A stretch of 51,137 nt of DNA from Candidatus Liptonbacteria bacterium (GTDB lineage Bacteria; Patescibacteriota; Minisyncoccia; UBA6257; 2-01-FULL-56-20), in the NCBI GenBank assembly GCA_016204335.1, contig JACQKU010000004.1, positions 1 through 51,137 on the forward strand. Reading direction: 5' to 3'. The position numbers and the translations under genes are program-made. Of the stretch, positions 34,329 through 44,155 are shown piece after piece; the first letter of the stretch is position 1; every line of letters starts with the position of its first letter. Below the pieces are notes generated by a model. That model did not search any database, was not told the DNA's origin, and was given only the letters and a program-made list of their open reading frames with translations.

Positions 34329-36008
34329 CTATTGCCACTCAATAGGCCCCGTGTTTTCTTCCACTTCCTCAAAGCTGGTGATTCCGGACAACACTTTGAG
34401 GATGCCGTCCTCTTGCATAGTAACCATGCCCTGCTTCTCGGCGAGTTTTTTCAAAAAAACTTCCGAGATTTCTTTTAAAATTCCGACTTCGAATTCCGGG
34501 CCTGTTTCAAAAAATTCAAAAATGCCGATTCTGCCTTTATAGCCGAACCCTCCGCACGCTTCGCATCCGGCTGACTCGTAGAGCGCCGGCTTGCCGTATG
34601 GCTCGCGATTGACCCGCGCGGGAAGCCCTTCCAAAAACTTTTTTATCTTTGTTTGAAGTTCCGTAGCCGGCTCGATTTTTTTCCTGCAGCTCAAACATAA
34701 TTTTCTGACCAAACGCTGGGCGATAATCAGATTGACCGCGGGACCGATGCTTGTGGGTTTTACGCCGAGGTCGACCAGCCGCGGCACCGCGCCGGCCGCG
34801 TCGTTCGTATGAAGCGTGGAATATACCGTATGGCCGGTCAGGGCCGCCTGAAGCGCGATGTCCGCGGTCTCCTGGTCCCGAATCTCGCCGACGAGAATCA
34901 CATCCGGGTCCTGCCGGAGAATTGAACGAAGCCCGCTCGCGAACGTGTAGCCGGCTTCGGGGTCGACCTGCGTCTGCTCGATTCCCTCAATACGATACTC
35001 AATCGGGTCTTCTATGGTGATAATTTTTATTTCGGGGTTCGCGGCTTTGCGCAGGAACGCGTATAGAGTCGTGGTTTTCCCGGAGCCGGTCGGTCCGGTG
35101 TTAAGAATAAGGCCGTTCGGTTTTTTCAGTTGGCGCTCGACCAGTTCCAAATCGTCTTTCCGAAGGCCGAGCCCGGACATATCCGCTTGTATGGAATCTG
35201 GGTCGAGAAGCCTCATCACTATTGTCTCGCCGAACTCGGACGGAATAATGGAAACGCGGACTTCCACCTCTTTGGTCGTGAGCCCGACGGTGAATCTTCC
35301 GTCCTGCGCTTCATCGCGCACGTTAATCTTGAGGCCGGAAAGAAGCTTTATCCGCGAAACCAGATGTTCGTAGTTATACGGCGGAAGGTCGCCGAACATA
35401 TCGTGGAGCAATCCGTCGAGGCGGAACCGGATTTTCGTTTTTTTCTCTCCGGCTTCCAGGTGAATGTCGGAAGCGCCGATGGCGAGCCCGCCCGCGAGAA
35501 CGATTTCTAAAAGTTCGGTTGTGGTTGTATTTTTAAAATCGAGTTTTTTTACTTCGTCCTGAACCATCTGAAAACTCGCCAGCCGTTTCATCAGTCCTTC
35601 GAGCCGTTCCCGCTCGATGTCGACTTCGCCGGTTATTTCTTTCTGCTCCGCCGAAACAAACTTATACAACTCCCATGTTTTTTCAATCCCGCTTTTCGAG
35701 GCGACAAAAAATTTCACCTCGTGATTCAAGCCTTCGAGTTTTTTTATCGCCGGAGTGAACGCGGCCGACCCCGGGTCGGCCGCCGCCACTGCCACTTCGT
35801 TTTTTTTCGTTTCAACCGCGGCGGCAACCGCTTCTTTCGCGTCTGATTCGGAAATTAATCTTATCGCCTCTATGGAAACGGGAATTTTCCTGAGGTCGAT
35901 GTACGGATAACCGGATTTTTGGGCGCGGCGTTCGGCGTCGCGCTCTTCCGCCTCGCGCCGCATCTCGTTCAATTTTTTTTGAACCGCCGCGGTTCTCGTT
36001 TCAGCCAT
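34329..36008 (-). CDS. PilB/GspE family type IV pilus assembly ATPase
   Basis: ASDIH, QDGR, GPTGSGKTTTLY, EDPIEY, LRQDPDVILVGEIRD, STLHTN, two CxxC; start set at MAETR. Confidence 0.93.
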   Translation of the reverse strand: MAETRTAAVQKKLNEMRREAEERDAERRAQKSGYPYIDLRKIPVSIEAIRLISESDAKEAVAAAVETKKNEVAVAAADPGSAAFTPAIKKLEGLNHEVKFFVASKSGIEKTWELYKFVSAEQKEITGEVDIERERLEGLMKRLASFQMVQDEVKKLDFKNTTTTELLEIVLAGGLAIGASDIHLEAGEKKTKIRFRLDGLLHDMFGDLPPYNYEHLVSRIKLLSGLKINVRDEAQDGRFTVGLTTKEVEVRVSIIPSEFGETIVMRLLDPDSIQADMSGLGLRKDDLELVERQLKKPNGLILNTGPTGSGKTTTLYAFLRKAANPEIKIITIEDPIEYRIEGIEQTQVDPEAGYTFASGLRSILRQDPDVILVGEIRDQETADIALQAALTGHTVYSTLHTNDAAGAVPRLVDLGVKPTSIGPAVNLIIAQRLVRKLCLSCRKKIEPATELQTKIKKFLEGLPARVNREPYGKPALYESAGCEACGGFGYKGRIGIFEFFETGPEFEVGILKEISEVFLKKLAEKQGMVTMQEDGILKVLSGITSFEEVEENTGPIEWQ

Positions 36009-36072
36009 TGAGTAAAGTATAAACCTCCGCGCCGTGGCGGCAAGCGTTTTCTTTCGCATTCTTTGTTTGAAC

Positions 36073-36101
36073 TTGACAGAATATTTATTGTGGGGTATAA
36101 T
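36073..36101 (+). promoter_or_regulatory. Consensus sigma70 promoter
   Basis: TTGACA-17-TATAAT. Confidence 0.85.
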
Positions 36102-36181
36102 ACAAGCTGAATCGAACTTGTCATAAGCATAGCAATAACGGATGTCTGCCGGCGGGAACCGGCGGACGGAAAGGAAGGAAG

Positions 36182-37000
36182 ATGGAAACGACGGCGAAGA
36201 GGTTCACGCGCGCGATGAGGTGGGCGGTAGCATTTTCGCTTCTCGCCGGGTTTCTGCTCGGCGGATGCGCTTCTGCCGAGCGAACCGGTGGGCTGGTAAT
36301 CAGCGGCCTGCCACGGGTGACCGCGCCAATTCTCGGCCAGGTTGGAATCACGCCGACCGGGCAGAATATCGTGCTGACTAACGGCACGCCATTCTGGTGC
36401 CGGTGGTTTGCATACGGCACCGAGCTCGGACAGACAGGCCCCGGCGACCAGTTGGTCGGTTCGAAGTATTTTGAACCGCTCTCGCCGCAAATCCCGGTCG
36501 CGGTGATGTGTTACCGCGACCCGGGGTTCACGCAAACTCAGTATGTCGGAGCTGGCGGCCGAGTGGCCCATTTTTCGAGAGGTCGGGCCAGTGGTATTTC
36601 ATGGCCGCTCCGTGCCGGCGAGCTCGTGACGCCGGAAGGTGTCCAGTCGGCGGCCGGGCTCGGAGTGAATTATCCCCAACCCGACACGGGGCAAGTCGGC
36701 AGGATTGTCGAAATGCCCCGCGAGTCCTGGAACGCCACGGCGGCTGTCCAAATCGTGAACAACACTTTGTTCACGATGACGCAAGGCATCGAGGGGACGA
36801 GTCGTTTTTCGACCAACGCCGGCGGGTTGTACTACGCGTCGTTCCGGGAGCTTCTCGGTCCCGGCCGTCAGATGACCGGCCAGCTCGTCTTCACAGACCG
36901 CGGCCGGTTGGTGGGCACGTACGATTTCTCGTTCGGCGTGCCATCGACCGGGGTCATCGCTTACCAACTCATCGTCTCGCCTTGGATGATAAGGCGATGA
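36182..37000 (+). CDS. Hypothetical lipoprotein, GC-rich
   Basis: Signal peptide with LLGGC lipobox; own promoter and terminator. Confidence 0.7.
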   Translation: METTAKRFTRAMRWAVAFSLLAGFLLGGCASAERTGGLVISGLPRVTAPILGQVGITPTGQNIVLTNGTPFWCRWFAYGTELGQTGPGDQLVGSKYFEPLSPQIPVAVMCYRDPGFTQTQYVGAGGRVAHFSRGRASGISWPLRAGELVTPEGVQSAAGLGVNYPQPDTGQVGRIVEMPRESWNATAAVQIVNNTLFTMTQGIEGTSRFSTNAGGLYYASFRELLGPGRQMTGQLVFTDRGRLVGTYDFSFGVPSTGVIAYQLIVSPWMIRR

Positions 37001-37030
37001 CGCTGGCGCCATCCTCCGTCCCCCAAAGCA

Positions 37031-37071
37031 GAGCCCCGCCATCGTCGTCAGACGAATCGGCGGGGCTTTTT
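37031..37071 (+). terminator. Rho-independent terminator
   Basis: GAGCCCCGCC...GGCGGGGCTTTTT. Confidence 0.75.
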
Positions 37072-37148
37072 CGTTCAAAAAACTTGAAACTAAAAATTTA
37101 TAACGATACACTAATAACTAATCACTAATTAACTAATTAACTATTTTA

Positions 37149-37688
37149 ATGTCCGGTCATTCCCACTGGTCTGGAATAAAACACAGAAAAGGAGCAGCGG
37201 ACCAAAAACGCGGCTTGGTATTTTCAAAACTGCTTGCGGCGATTACGGCGGCGGCGCGCGCCGAACAGAATCCCGATTTCAATCCGCGGCTGAGAACCGC
37301 GGTCCAAAAAGCGAAAGAGGCGAACGTGCCGTCCGAAAATATCGAACGGGCGGTCAAGCGCGCGAAAGAATCCGGCGGCGCCTTGGAAGAGCTGACGCTC
37401 GAAGCGTACGGCCCCGGAGGAACGGCGCTTTTGATTGAAGCGATTACAGACAATAAAAACAGAACTATTCCCGAAATCAAAAAAATCCTGAACGCGGAGG
37501 GGGCAAAGTGGGCCGAACCGGGAAGCGTGCGCTGGGCATTCTCTGAAGCAAGCGCGGATAAGCGCGGAAACTGGACGGCGAAATTTTTGCAGAAGCTTAA
37601 CAAAGAAGACGCGGAGAAACTCAATGTTTTAGTCGGGGCGCTTGAAGATAACGATGATGTGCAGAAAGTTTATACCAACGCGGCATAG
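37149..37688 (+). CDS. YebC/PmpR family protein (short form)
   Basis: MSGHSHWSGIKHRK, NPRLR, EAYGPGG, TDNKNRT, DDVQKVYTN; upstream of ruvC. Confidence 0.92.
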   Translation: MSGHSHWSGIKHRKGAADQKRGLVFSKLLAAITAAARAEQNPDFNPRLRTAVQKAKEANVPSENIERAVKRAKESGGALEELTLEAYGPGGTALLIEAITDNKNRTIPEIKKILNAEGAKWAEPGSVRWAFSEASADKRGNWTAKFLQKLNKEDAEKLNVLVGALEDNDDVQKVYTNAA

Positions 37689-37714
37689 AACTTTTAACTT
37701 ATAACTGCCAACTA

Positions 37715-38197
37715 ATGACTATATTAGGTATCGACCCGGGAACTTCGCGCATCGGCTACGGCGTGATTAAAAAAGAGCGCGGTTCGCTGAAATTTCTTGA
37801 CGCGGGAATACTAAAAATAAAAAACTCCGGCAAAGAACATTCCCTCGCCCAAATAAAAAACGGGGTTGATTCGCTCATAAAAAAATGGCGGCCGGACGCG
37901 CTCGCGGTTGAAAAACTTTATTTTTCAAAAAATCAGAAAACCGCAATAGGGGTGGCGCAGGCGCGCGGGGTGATTATTCTTGCCGGGCTCGAAGCCGGAA
38001 TGGAAATCAGGGAATATTCTCCGAACGAAATAAAATCGGGCGTCGCGGGATACGGCTTCGCCGATAAAAAAGCCGTCGCGAAAATGGTAAATCTTATTTT
38101 GAGGACTCCCCGGCTCAAAATAATCGACGACGCAAGCGACGCGCTGGCAATCGCGATTTTCGCGGCGCAGAAGGAAAGAATTTCCCCAACCCCATAA
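37715..38197 (+). CDS. ruvC: Crossover junction endodeoxyribonuclease RuvC
   Basis: ILGIDPG, AVEKLYF, AQARGV, DDASDALAIA. Confidence 0.96.
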   Translation: MTILGIDPGTSRIGYGVIKKERGSLKFLDAGILKIKNSGKEHSLAQIKNGVDSLIKKWRPDALAVEKLYFSKNQKTAIGVAQARGVIILAGLEAGMEIREYSPNEIKSGVAGYGFADKKAVAKMVNLILRTPRLKIIDDASDALAIAIFAAQKERISPTP

Positions 38198-38220
38198 ATT
38201 TTCTATTTTTCTAAAAGCGC

Positions 38221-38407
38221 GGGTTTTCGCTTTGCAGGGCGTTATCGGAGGCGAGCAAACTTGGTATCGCCGCAGGCGATTTGCTCGCCGACCTGCCCGA
38301 CTTCGCATGGACGAAATCCAGGCGGGCGGGGATACAGACCGCCTCGCCGCCGGAGCCCTGCCGGCAGGCAGGCAGAGAGGCGAGCCGTGCCTGGCAAAAC
38401 GAAAACC
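38221..38407. repeat. Composite cluster of nested palindromic repeats
   Basis: Outer IR GGTTTTCGCTTTGCAGG / CCTGGCAAAACGAAAACC enclosing GGCGAGCAAA/TTTGCTCGCC and CCTGCCGGCAGGCAGG. Confidence 0.7.
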
Positions 38408-38557
38408 GAAGCCCTTGACACGAAAACTTCTTCCCATATACTGGTTGCAAATAATAAAGTTTCGCGGTCAAACGTGGAATTTTTCCGTAAAATTAAAAGG
38501 TCGTTTATTGTTTAACCTCCGGTATTAAAAAATCTTTAAGCGCGGGGGTTAAATGCC

Positions 38558-38704
38558 ATGATTACTGAAATCGAACTATTAAGAGGAATTCGGCTTGAGG
38601 ACGAAGACGACAAACTGGATGGCGCGGAAGACGAAGAAGAACTTGACGAAGACGAAGATATTGAAAAGCTGGATGATGCGGACGACGACAAAGACATGGA
38701 ATAG
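38558..38704 (+). CDS. 48-aa hyper-acidic microprotein MITEIELLRGIRLEDEDDKLDGAEDEEELDEDEDIEKLDDADDDKDME (not in ORF track)
   Basis: Translated by hand; 26 of 48 residues D/E; upstream TTGACA-16-TATACT (38415-38442) and downstream terminator hairpin. Confidence 0.7.
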   Translation: MITEIELLRGIRLEDEDDKLDGAEDEEELDEDEDIEKLDDADDDKDME

Positions 38705-38787
38705 GTGATTGATTCTTCGCGCAACGGGAAATCGCTCCGATGAATGGACAATCGGGGCGATTTTTGTTTATCTTAAACGACAATGAA

Positions 38788-41307
38788 ATGAACAGAAAAA
38801 AGAAAAACTCTTCCGGCGCGTCTCCGCGAGGTTCCCTGCCCGGGCGCGCGCCGGCTCCGGCTCGAATGAACGGGGTTAATCAAAGGCGGCGACGGCGGTG
38901 GAAAAATATATTCTGGGTCGCCGGCGCCGCCGCAGCCGTCGCGTTTGTTTCTTTTTCGTTCATTATTTTTTTTCTTTCTAAAAACTTGCCGTCCGGCGCG
39001 GAACTCGACGAGCGGAAAATCAGCCAGTCCACGAGAATCTATGACCGCACAGGCAAGGTTCTCTTATATAAAATTCACACGGGCGAAAATCGGACCGTGG
39101 TGCCGTTGGCCGATATGCCGCAGTTTCTGAAAGACGCCACTATTGCGACCGAGGACGAAAATTTTTACAGCGAGCCCGGCTTCTCGTGGACCGCAATTGT
39201 GCGGGCGTTTATGGTGAATGCGCTCCACGGCAAAATCCTCCAGGGCGGCTCGACCATCACGCAACAACTCGCCAAAAACGCTTTCTTATCCTCCGACCAG
39301 ACGATTTCAAGAAAACTCAAAGAATTCCTGCTTGCCGTTAAACTCAACCGGCGCTATCCCAAAGATGAAATTCTTTATTTGTATCTGAACCAGATTCCTT
39401 ACGGCCCGACCGCATATGGCGTAGAGGCGGCGAGCGAGCTCTACTTCAAAAAGTCGGCTGGGGATTTGGATTTGGCCGAAGCGGCCGTTCTGGCGGCGCT
39501 TCCCCGGGCGCCGAGTTATTATTCGCCGTGGGGCAATCACGTAAAGGAACTGCTTGGGCGCCAGAACTATGTCCTACAAAGAATGTACAAAATTGGAAAG
39601 ATAACCCTCGAAGAATTAAACGCCGCGCTCGCGAAGAAAATCGAATTTGCTCCGCGGGCGATAACCGGCATACAGGCGCCGCATTTTGTGGAAGCCGTTA
39701 AGGACTATTTGATTCAGAAGTATGGCGAGGATGCCGTCCGCGAAGGAGGACTGAAAGTAATCACAACGCTCGATTGGGACCTCCAGCAACTTGGAGAAAA
39801 AGTCGTAAAAGAGGGCGCTGAACGCAATGAAGCGCTGTATCAGGGAAAAAACGCGGCGCTCGTCGCGGAAGACCCCAAAACAGGCCAGATACTTTCACTG
39901 GTTGGTTCGCGCGATTATTTCGACTTAAAAAACGAAGGTAATTTCAACGTCGCAACACAGGGGTTGCGGCAACCGGGTTCCGCCCTGAAACCGTTCGCGT
40001 ATCTTACGCTTTTTGAAAAAGGATATTCGCCCGATACCGTCCTTTTTGACGTGCCTACGGAATTCGTTCCGAATAATCCGCTGTGCCCCGTTGAAGTTAA
40101 TTTCTCAAACGACAATCCGGCGTGCTTTCATCCGGAAAATTTCACGGGAAAATTTCTGGGGCCGGTGCCTCTTCGCAAAGCATTGAGCCAGTCAATAAAT
40201 ATTCCCGCGGTAAAAACGCTGTATCTCGCGGGTATTAAAAATACGCTTGAAACGCTCCACAATTTCGGCGTCACCACGCTTAACGAACCCGGCCGCTACG
40301 GCCTGTCGCTTGTGCTCGGCGGCGGCGAAGTAAAGCTTATTGACCTGGTTGGAGCGTATTCGGTCCTCTCGCAGGAGGGCGTAAAGCGCCAGCAGGCAAT
40401 TGTCCTCGAAGTGCGCGACAGTAATAATCAACTGCTTGAATCCTATCGGGACAAAAGCGAAATTGTGGTTGACGCGGAATACCCCCGGCTCATAAACGAT
40501 ATTCTCTCCGACTCCGACCTGCGGGCCGGTCTTTTTGGGAACAGTTTGGGACTGACCGTTTTCCCGGACTACGACGTGGCGCTGAAAACCGGAACCACAA
40601 ACGACTACCGCGATGCGTGGGCAATGGGATACACGCCGTCGCTTGCAGTCGGCGTATGGGCGGGAAACAACAACAACGCCCCGATGCAAAAAAACGCCGG
40701 CAGTATTCTTGCCGCGGTTCCCATTTGGCACAATTTTATGGCTGAGGCGCTCAAGAACCAGCCGAAAGAAACTTTCAACCGGCCGGCTCCGGTTTCCGCG
40801 CCGAAGCAGATGTTGAACGGCGACTATCTGGCGAATAAACAGGTCCACTCCCTTCTCTTTTATGTAAATAAATCGGACCCGTTGGGCCAGGCGCCCGGCA
40901 ACCCCGCCTCGGACCCACAATTCGAGAATTGGGAATTCGGCGTTTTGGAATGGGCTAAAAACAATCTGCCTGATTTTTCGGAATATAACCTGTCCGCGGC
41001 AAATCCGGATATCCCGGAAAATTCGCTCTCTGCAACAGCGATTAAGATTATCGAGCCGGGTATGGGCGATTTCACGGGAACCGACATACGTATCCTCGCA
41101 GACATTGCCGCAAATTCAAACATCAAACAGATTAACGTGTATTTCAACGGGCGGGTCGCGGGAAATTTCACGGGCGATTTTGTCTCTCCGTACCGCTTCG
41201 CCTGGTCGTTCGCGCCGAAAGACCAAGAGCAACAGAATCTTTTAGAGATTGAGGTGATTGACGGCAATGGTCAGAAGAGCAGGAGCGGGGTCATCGTTTA
41301 CAAATAG
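38788..41307 (+). CDS. Class A penicillin-binding protein (transglycosylase-transpeptidase)
   Basis: EDENF, GGSTITQQLAKN, RKLKE; SALK, SIN, KTGT; N-terminal TM. Confidence 0.94.
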   Translation: MNRKKKNSSGASPRGSLPGRAPAPARMNGVNQRRRRRWKNIFWVAGAAAAVAFVSFSFIIFFLSKNLPSGAELDERKISQSTRIYDRTGKVLLYKIHTGENRTVVPLADMPQFLKDATIATEDENFYSEPGFSWTAIVRAFMVNALHGKILQGGSTITQQLAKNAFLSSDQTISRKLKEFLLAVKLNRRYPKDEILYLYLNQIPYGPTAYGVEAASELYFKKSAGDLDLAEAAVLAALPRAPSYYSPWGNHVKELLGRQNYVLQRMYKIGKITLEELNAALAKKIEFAPRAITGIQAPHFVEAVKDYLIQKYGEDAVREGGLKVITTLDWDLQQLGEKVVKEGAERNEALYQGKNAALVAEDPKTGQILSLVGSRDYFDLKNEGNFNVATQGLRQPGSALKPFAYLTLFEKGYSPDTVLFDVPTEFVPNNPLCPVEVNFSNDNPACFHPENFTGKFLGPVPLRKALSQSINIPAVKTLYLAGIKNTLETLHNFGVTTLNEPGRYGLSLVLGGGEVKLIDLVGAYSVLSQEGVKRQQAIVLEVRDSNNQLLESYRDKSEIVVDAEYPRLINDILSDSDLRAGLFGNSLGLTVFPDYDVALKTGTTNDYRDAWAMGYTPSLAVGVWAGNNNNAPMQKNAGSILAAVPIWHNFMAEALKNQPKETFNRPAPVSAPKQMLNGDYLANKQVHSLLFYVNKSDPLGQAPGNPASDPQFENWEFGVLEWAKNNLPDFSEYNLSAANPDIPENSLSATAIKIIEPGMGDFTGTDIRILADIAANSNIKQINVYFNGRVAGNFTGDFVSPYRFAWSFAPKDQEQQNLLEIEVIDGNGQKSRSGVIVYK

Positions 41308-41317
41308 TAGGTCGCGG

Positions 41318-42430
41318 TTATGTCTTCAAAATCGGCATCAAAAGATAGAAATACGACGCATCGTTCGGCGATTTGAGGAGCGCCGGCTTGTTGTCCTCGT
41401 TCAGACCCAAAAATACCTCGTCCGTTTTTAGCGCCTTCAAGCCGTCCGATAAATAGCGCCAGTTGAAACTCATCTCTTTGGCATCGCCGCGGAATTTTGC
41501 CGGGATGGTAGAGATGTTTTCGCCGAGGGTTTGGTCGGAAGAAGAAATCCCCACCGCTTTTTTATTTTCCAAAACGTTCATTTTCACTTCGTTGGTTCTG
41601 GCGCTGAAAATTCCAGCGAGTTTAAGCGCGTTCAGAAGTTCCTGCCGCGAAATGTTGGCTTCCGCGCTGAATTTCTGGGGTACGACCGCCCTGTAGTCCG
41701 GGAACGTCCCCTCCATAAGGCGTGAAAAAAATTCGGCTTGGCCTGTTTTAAAAAGAATCTGGTTGCCGTCGTGGCAGAGGCGGACCTTTCCGTCGTCTCC
41801 AAGAATGCGGAGTACCTCCTGTCCGCTCCGGAGCGGGAGGAGAAGATTGAACGGCTCCTGACGATTGGATTGGAATTGACCGCCCGTAAGTGTTTTTTCC
41901 GCAAGCCGGAAACTGTCCGTAGTCACCAATTTCAAGTTATCCAGAGAGAAATCGACAAAAATACTGTTTAGTTCCGGCCTTAGCTCGGAAAATTGGGAAG
42001 CGATGATTGTCTGGCTAAGCGCCTCTTTCAAAGCCGCGGATTCGATTTCTATGTATTCATTAAGGTTGCTTATTTTTGGAATAAGAGGGAATTCTTCCGA
42101 CGAAATTCCATGGATGGTTGCCTGGTAGTTGTCGGTTTTTATTTCCAGGACATTTTTTTTGCTTTCGAGGTCAATTCTCTCGCTCGATATGTTGGTGATA
42201 AGCCCGGAAAAAACATCGAGCGGAACGGTTGTTTTCCCGTTTTCGATTATTTTCCCGGATACGTAAAAACTCGCTGCTATTTCGAGATTCGTGGCGGTCA
42301 GCTTCAATTTATTATCTTCGGTTTCCAGAAGCACGTTTTTAAGTATCGGCAAATTCGCATTTTCTCCGGCTGCCCTCTCGACTGCCGCAATCCCCTCTTT
42401 CAAATTATTTTTTATTACTGCTACTTTCAT
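41318..42430 (-). CDS. dnaN: DNA polymerase III beta clamp
   Basis: LPILKNVL, ATNLE, TDSFRL, FPDY, LLMPI; downstream of dnaA. Confidence 0.96.
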   Translation of the reverse strand: MKVAVIKNNLKEGIAAVERAAGENANLPILKNVLLETEDNKLKLTATNLEIAASFYVSGKIIENGKTTVPLDVFSGLITNISSERIDLESKKNVLEIKTDNYQATIHGISSEEFPLIPKISNLNEYIEIESAALKEALSQTIIASQFSELRPELNSIFVDFSLDNLKLVTTDSFRLAEKTLTGGQFQSNRQEPFNLLLPLRSGQEVLRILGDDGKVRLCHDGNQILFKTGQAEFFSRLMEGTFPDYRAVVPQKFSAEANISRQELLNALKLAGIFSARTNEVKMNVLENKKAVGISSSDQTLGENISTIPAKFRGDAKEMSFNWRYLSDGLKALKTDEVFLGLNEDNKPALLKSPNDASYFYLLMPILKT

Positions 42431-42571
42431 ATTTTTTATTACTGCTACTTTAAGTTAATTATATTTTACTGTTGTTATTAGTCGCTCAAAACTGTTTAAA
42501 AAAGCGGAGAACGCATATATCATACTATATTTCCAATGTTTTAGTTTTTAAAAAAAGTGGACATCCTGTGG
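42431..42571. other. Probable oriC unwinding region between dnaA and dnaN
   Basis: Very AT-rich, trinucleotide-periodic tracts, degenerate DnaA-box-like sites; typical position. Confidence 0.5.
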
Positions 42572-43933
42572 CTACGCGCGGAAGATTAATTCTTTAATCG
42601 AGATGATTTTTTGATTTAACAAAGAATTCCTTTCTATTTCCTGGTCTATTTTCTTTACTGCGTGAATCGCGGTGGTGTGGTCTTTCCCCAATTTCTCCCC
42701 AATATACGGATACGACATATCCAACATATCCCGAAGAAGATACATCGCAATCTGCCGCGGCTCCACTATTTCTTTTTTTCTGACGTGCCCCTCAAGGTCG
42801 CCCACGGAAACATTATAAAACTCGGCGACCGATTTTATAATCTGAGAGTCGTTTACCCGCCTGGTGAAATTCTGCGCCGCTTTTTCAATGATTTCTTCGA
42901 CGACTTTTTCCGTAACCGGCGCCCCTCGCATCTCTTGGTGGAAAAGAATTTTGTTCAAAATACCCTCCAGTTCGCGGACATTCTTTTTAACCTTTCGGGC
43001 AATCAGGTCGATAGCGGCGTCCCCGAGCTCGCGGTTGCTTTCCTGCAACTTGCCTTTGATAATCGCGGTTCGCATTTCGTATTCGGGATAAACGATGTCG
43101 GCTATCAAGCCGCCCTCAAACCGCGAACGAAGCCGCTCCTCGAGCGTGGGAATGGACTGCGGCGGCCTGTCCGAGGAAATAATGATTTGTTTGTTGTTCT
43201 CATAAAGTGTGTTGAATGTATGGAAAAATTCTTCTTCGGTCTTTTCTTTGCCGCCGATGAACTGGATGTCGTCTATGATTAAAACGTCAACGTCGCGATA
43301 TTTTTTCTTTATGTCTTCCATTCTCCTGTTTCTGATAGCCCACACCACATCACTTGTGAATTTTTCCGAGGATACGTATTTCGACTTAATTTTTCCGCGG
43401 TAATGGGCCTTGATCTCGTTGCCGATTGCCTGAATGAGATGCGTTTTCCCGAGGCCGACGCCGCCGTAAACAAAAAAGGGATTGTATTTCGAGCCCACAT
43501 TTTGCACAATCGCGCTCGCGGCGCTGAACGCGAGTTCGTTCGATGAACCGACCACGAACGAATTAAGCGTGTAGCGGGGATTAAGATTCGTTTCGGGGTC
43601 GGTCTGAAATTCAAGATTAATCTTATTCTCAAATTTGTTGAAATCGGTTGCGGAGACCTTTCTCGGCGCCAGGTCGAGTTTTTGTCCGGACACCAAGAAC
43701 TCCAATTTTTTAACCGAGTCGTCAAAGTTCCTCGCGGCCCCGAGAAGATTTTTCTGGTATTTATTCTCCACCCATTCTTTGGCAAAGTTGTTGGGCAATA
43801 CGACAAAAAGAGTACCCTCTTTTTCATCGGCTAGCCGGCTGTTTTTCAGCCACGTGGCAAAATTCGCCCGCGAAAGCTGAGTTTCCATTTCAGAGAGTAT
43901 TGAGTGCCAAAGAGTGTCAAGATTTTTTTCCAT
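42572..43933 (-). CDS. dnaA: Chromosomal replication initiator DnaA
   Basis: GGVGLGKTHL, IDDIQF, FFHTFN, RLRSRF, VRELEG, DHTT. Confidence 0.98.
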   Translation of the reverse strand: MEKNLDTLWHSILSEMETQLSRANFATWLKNSRLADEKEGTLFVVLPNNFAKEWVENKYQKNLLGAARNFDDSVKKLEFLVSGQKLDLAPRKVSATDFNKFENKINLEFQTDPETNLNPRYTLNSFVVGSSNELAFSAASAIVQNVGSKYNPFFVYGGVGLGKTHLIQAIGNEIKAHYRGKIKSKYVSSEKFTSDVVWAIRNRRMEDIKKKYRDVDVLIIDDIQFIGGKEKTEEEFFHTFNTLYENNKQIIISSDRPPQSIPTLEERLRSRFEGGLIADIVYPEYEMRTAIIKGKLQESNRELGDAAIDLIARKVKKNVRELEGILNKILFHQEMRGAPVTEKVVEEIIEKAAQNFTRRVNDSQIIKSVAEFYNVSVGDLEGHVRKKEIVEPRQIAMYLLRDMLDMSYPYIGEKLGKDHTTAIHAVKKIDQEIERNSLLNQKIISIKELIFRA

Positions 43934-44071
43934 AAAGATGATTCAAGAATCTTTTTTGTTAATTACGTAATTGTATCGGATAGGCGGCTTGAAAATCAAC
44001 AGGGACGGAAATCTATTTCTCCATCGGTAAATGAACTGTATAGGAAATCGCAAGAAAGAAAACAAAGGAAA

Positions 44072-44091
44072 TGTGGATGAACTGTTGAAAA
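44072..44091. promoter_or_regulatory. Tandem near-consensus DnaA boxes upstream of dnaA
   Basis: TGTGGATGA and TGTTGAAAA. Confidence 0.55.
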
Positions 44092-44155
44092 CTTTTTTAC
44101 GCGTTGCGCTTAAAGGGGTAATTGCGGAGAAAAACCGTTGTGGTATACTGGAGTG

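Noticed and set aside
38221-38407. GC-rich structured region as RNase P RNA or a riboswitch
   Set aside because: No GAGGAAAGTCC core; it resolves into nested short palindromic repeats
38536-38751. Ser-rich 71-aa ORF on the minus strand
   Set aside because: Antisense shadow of the acidic plus-strand ORF, which has the promoter and terminator
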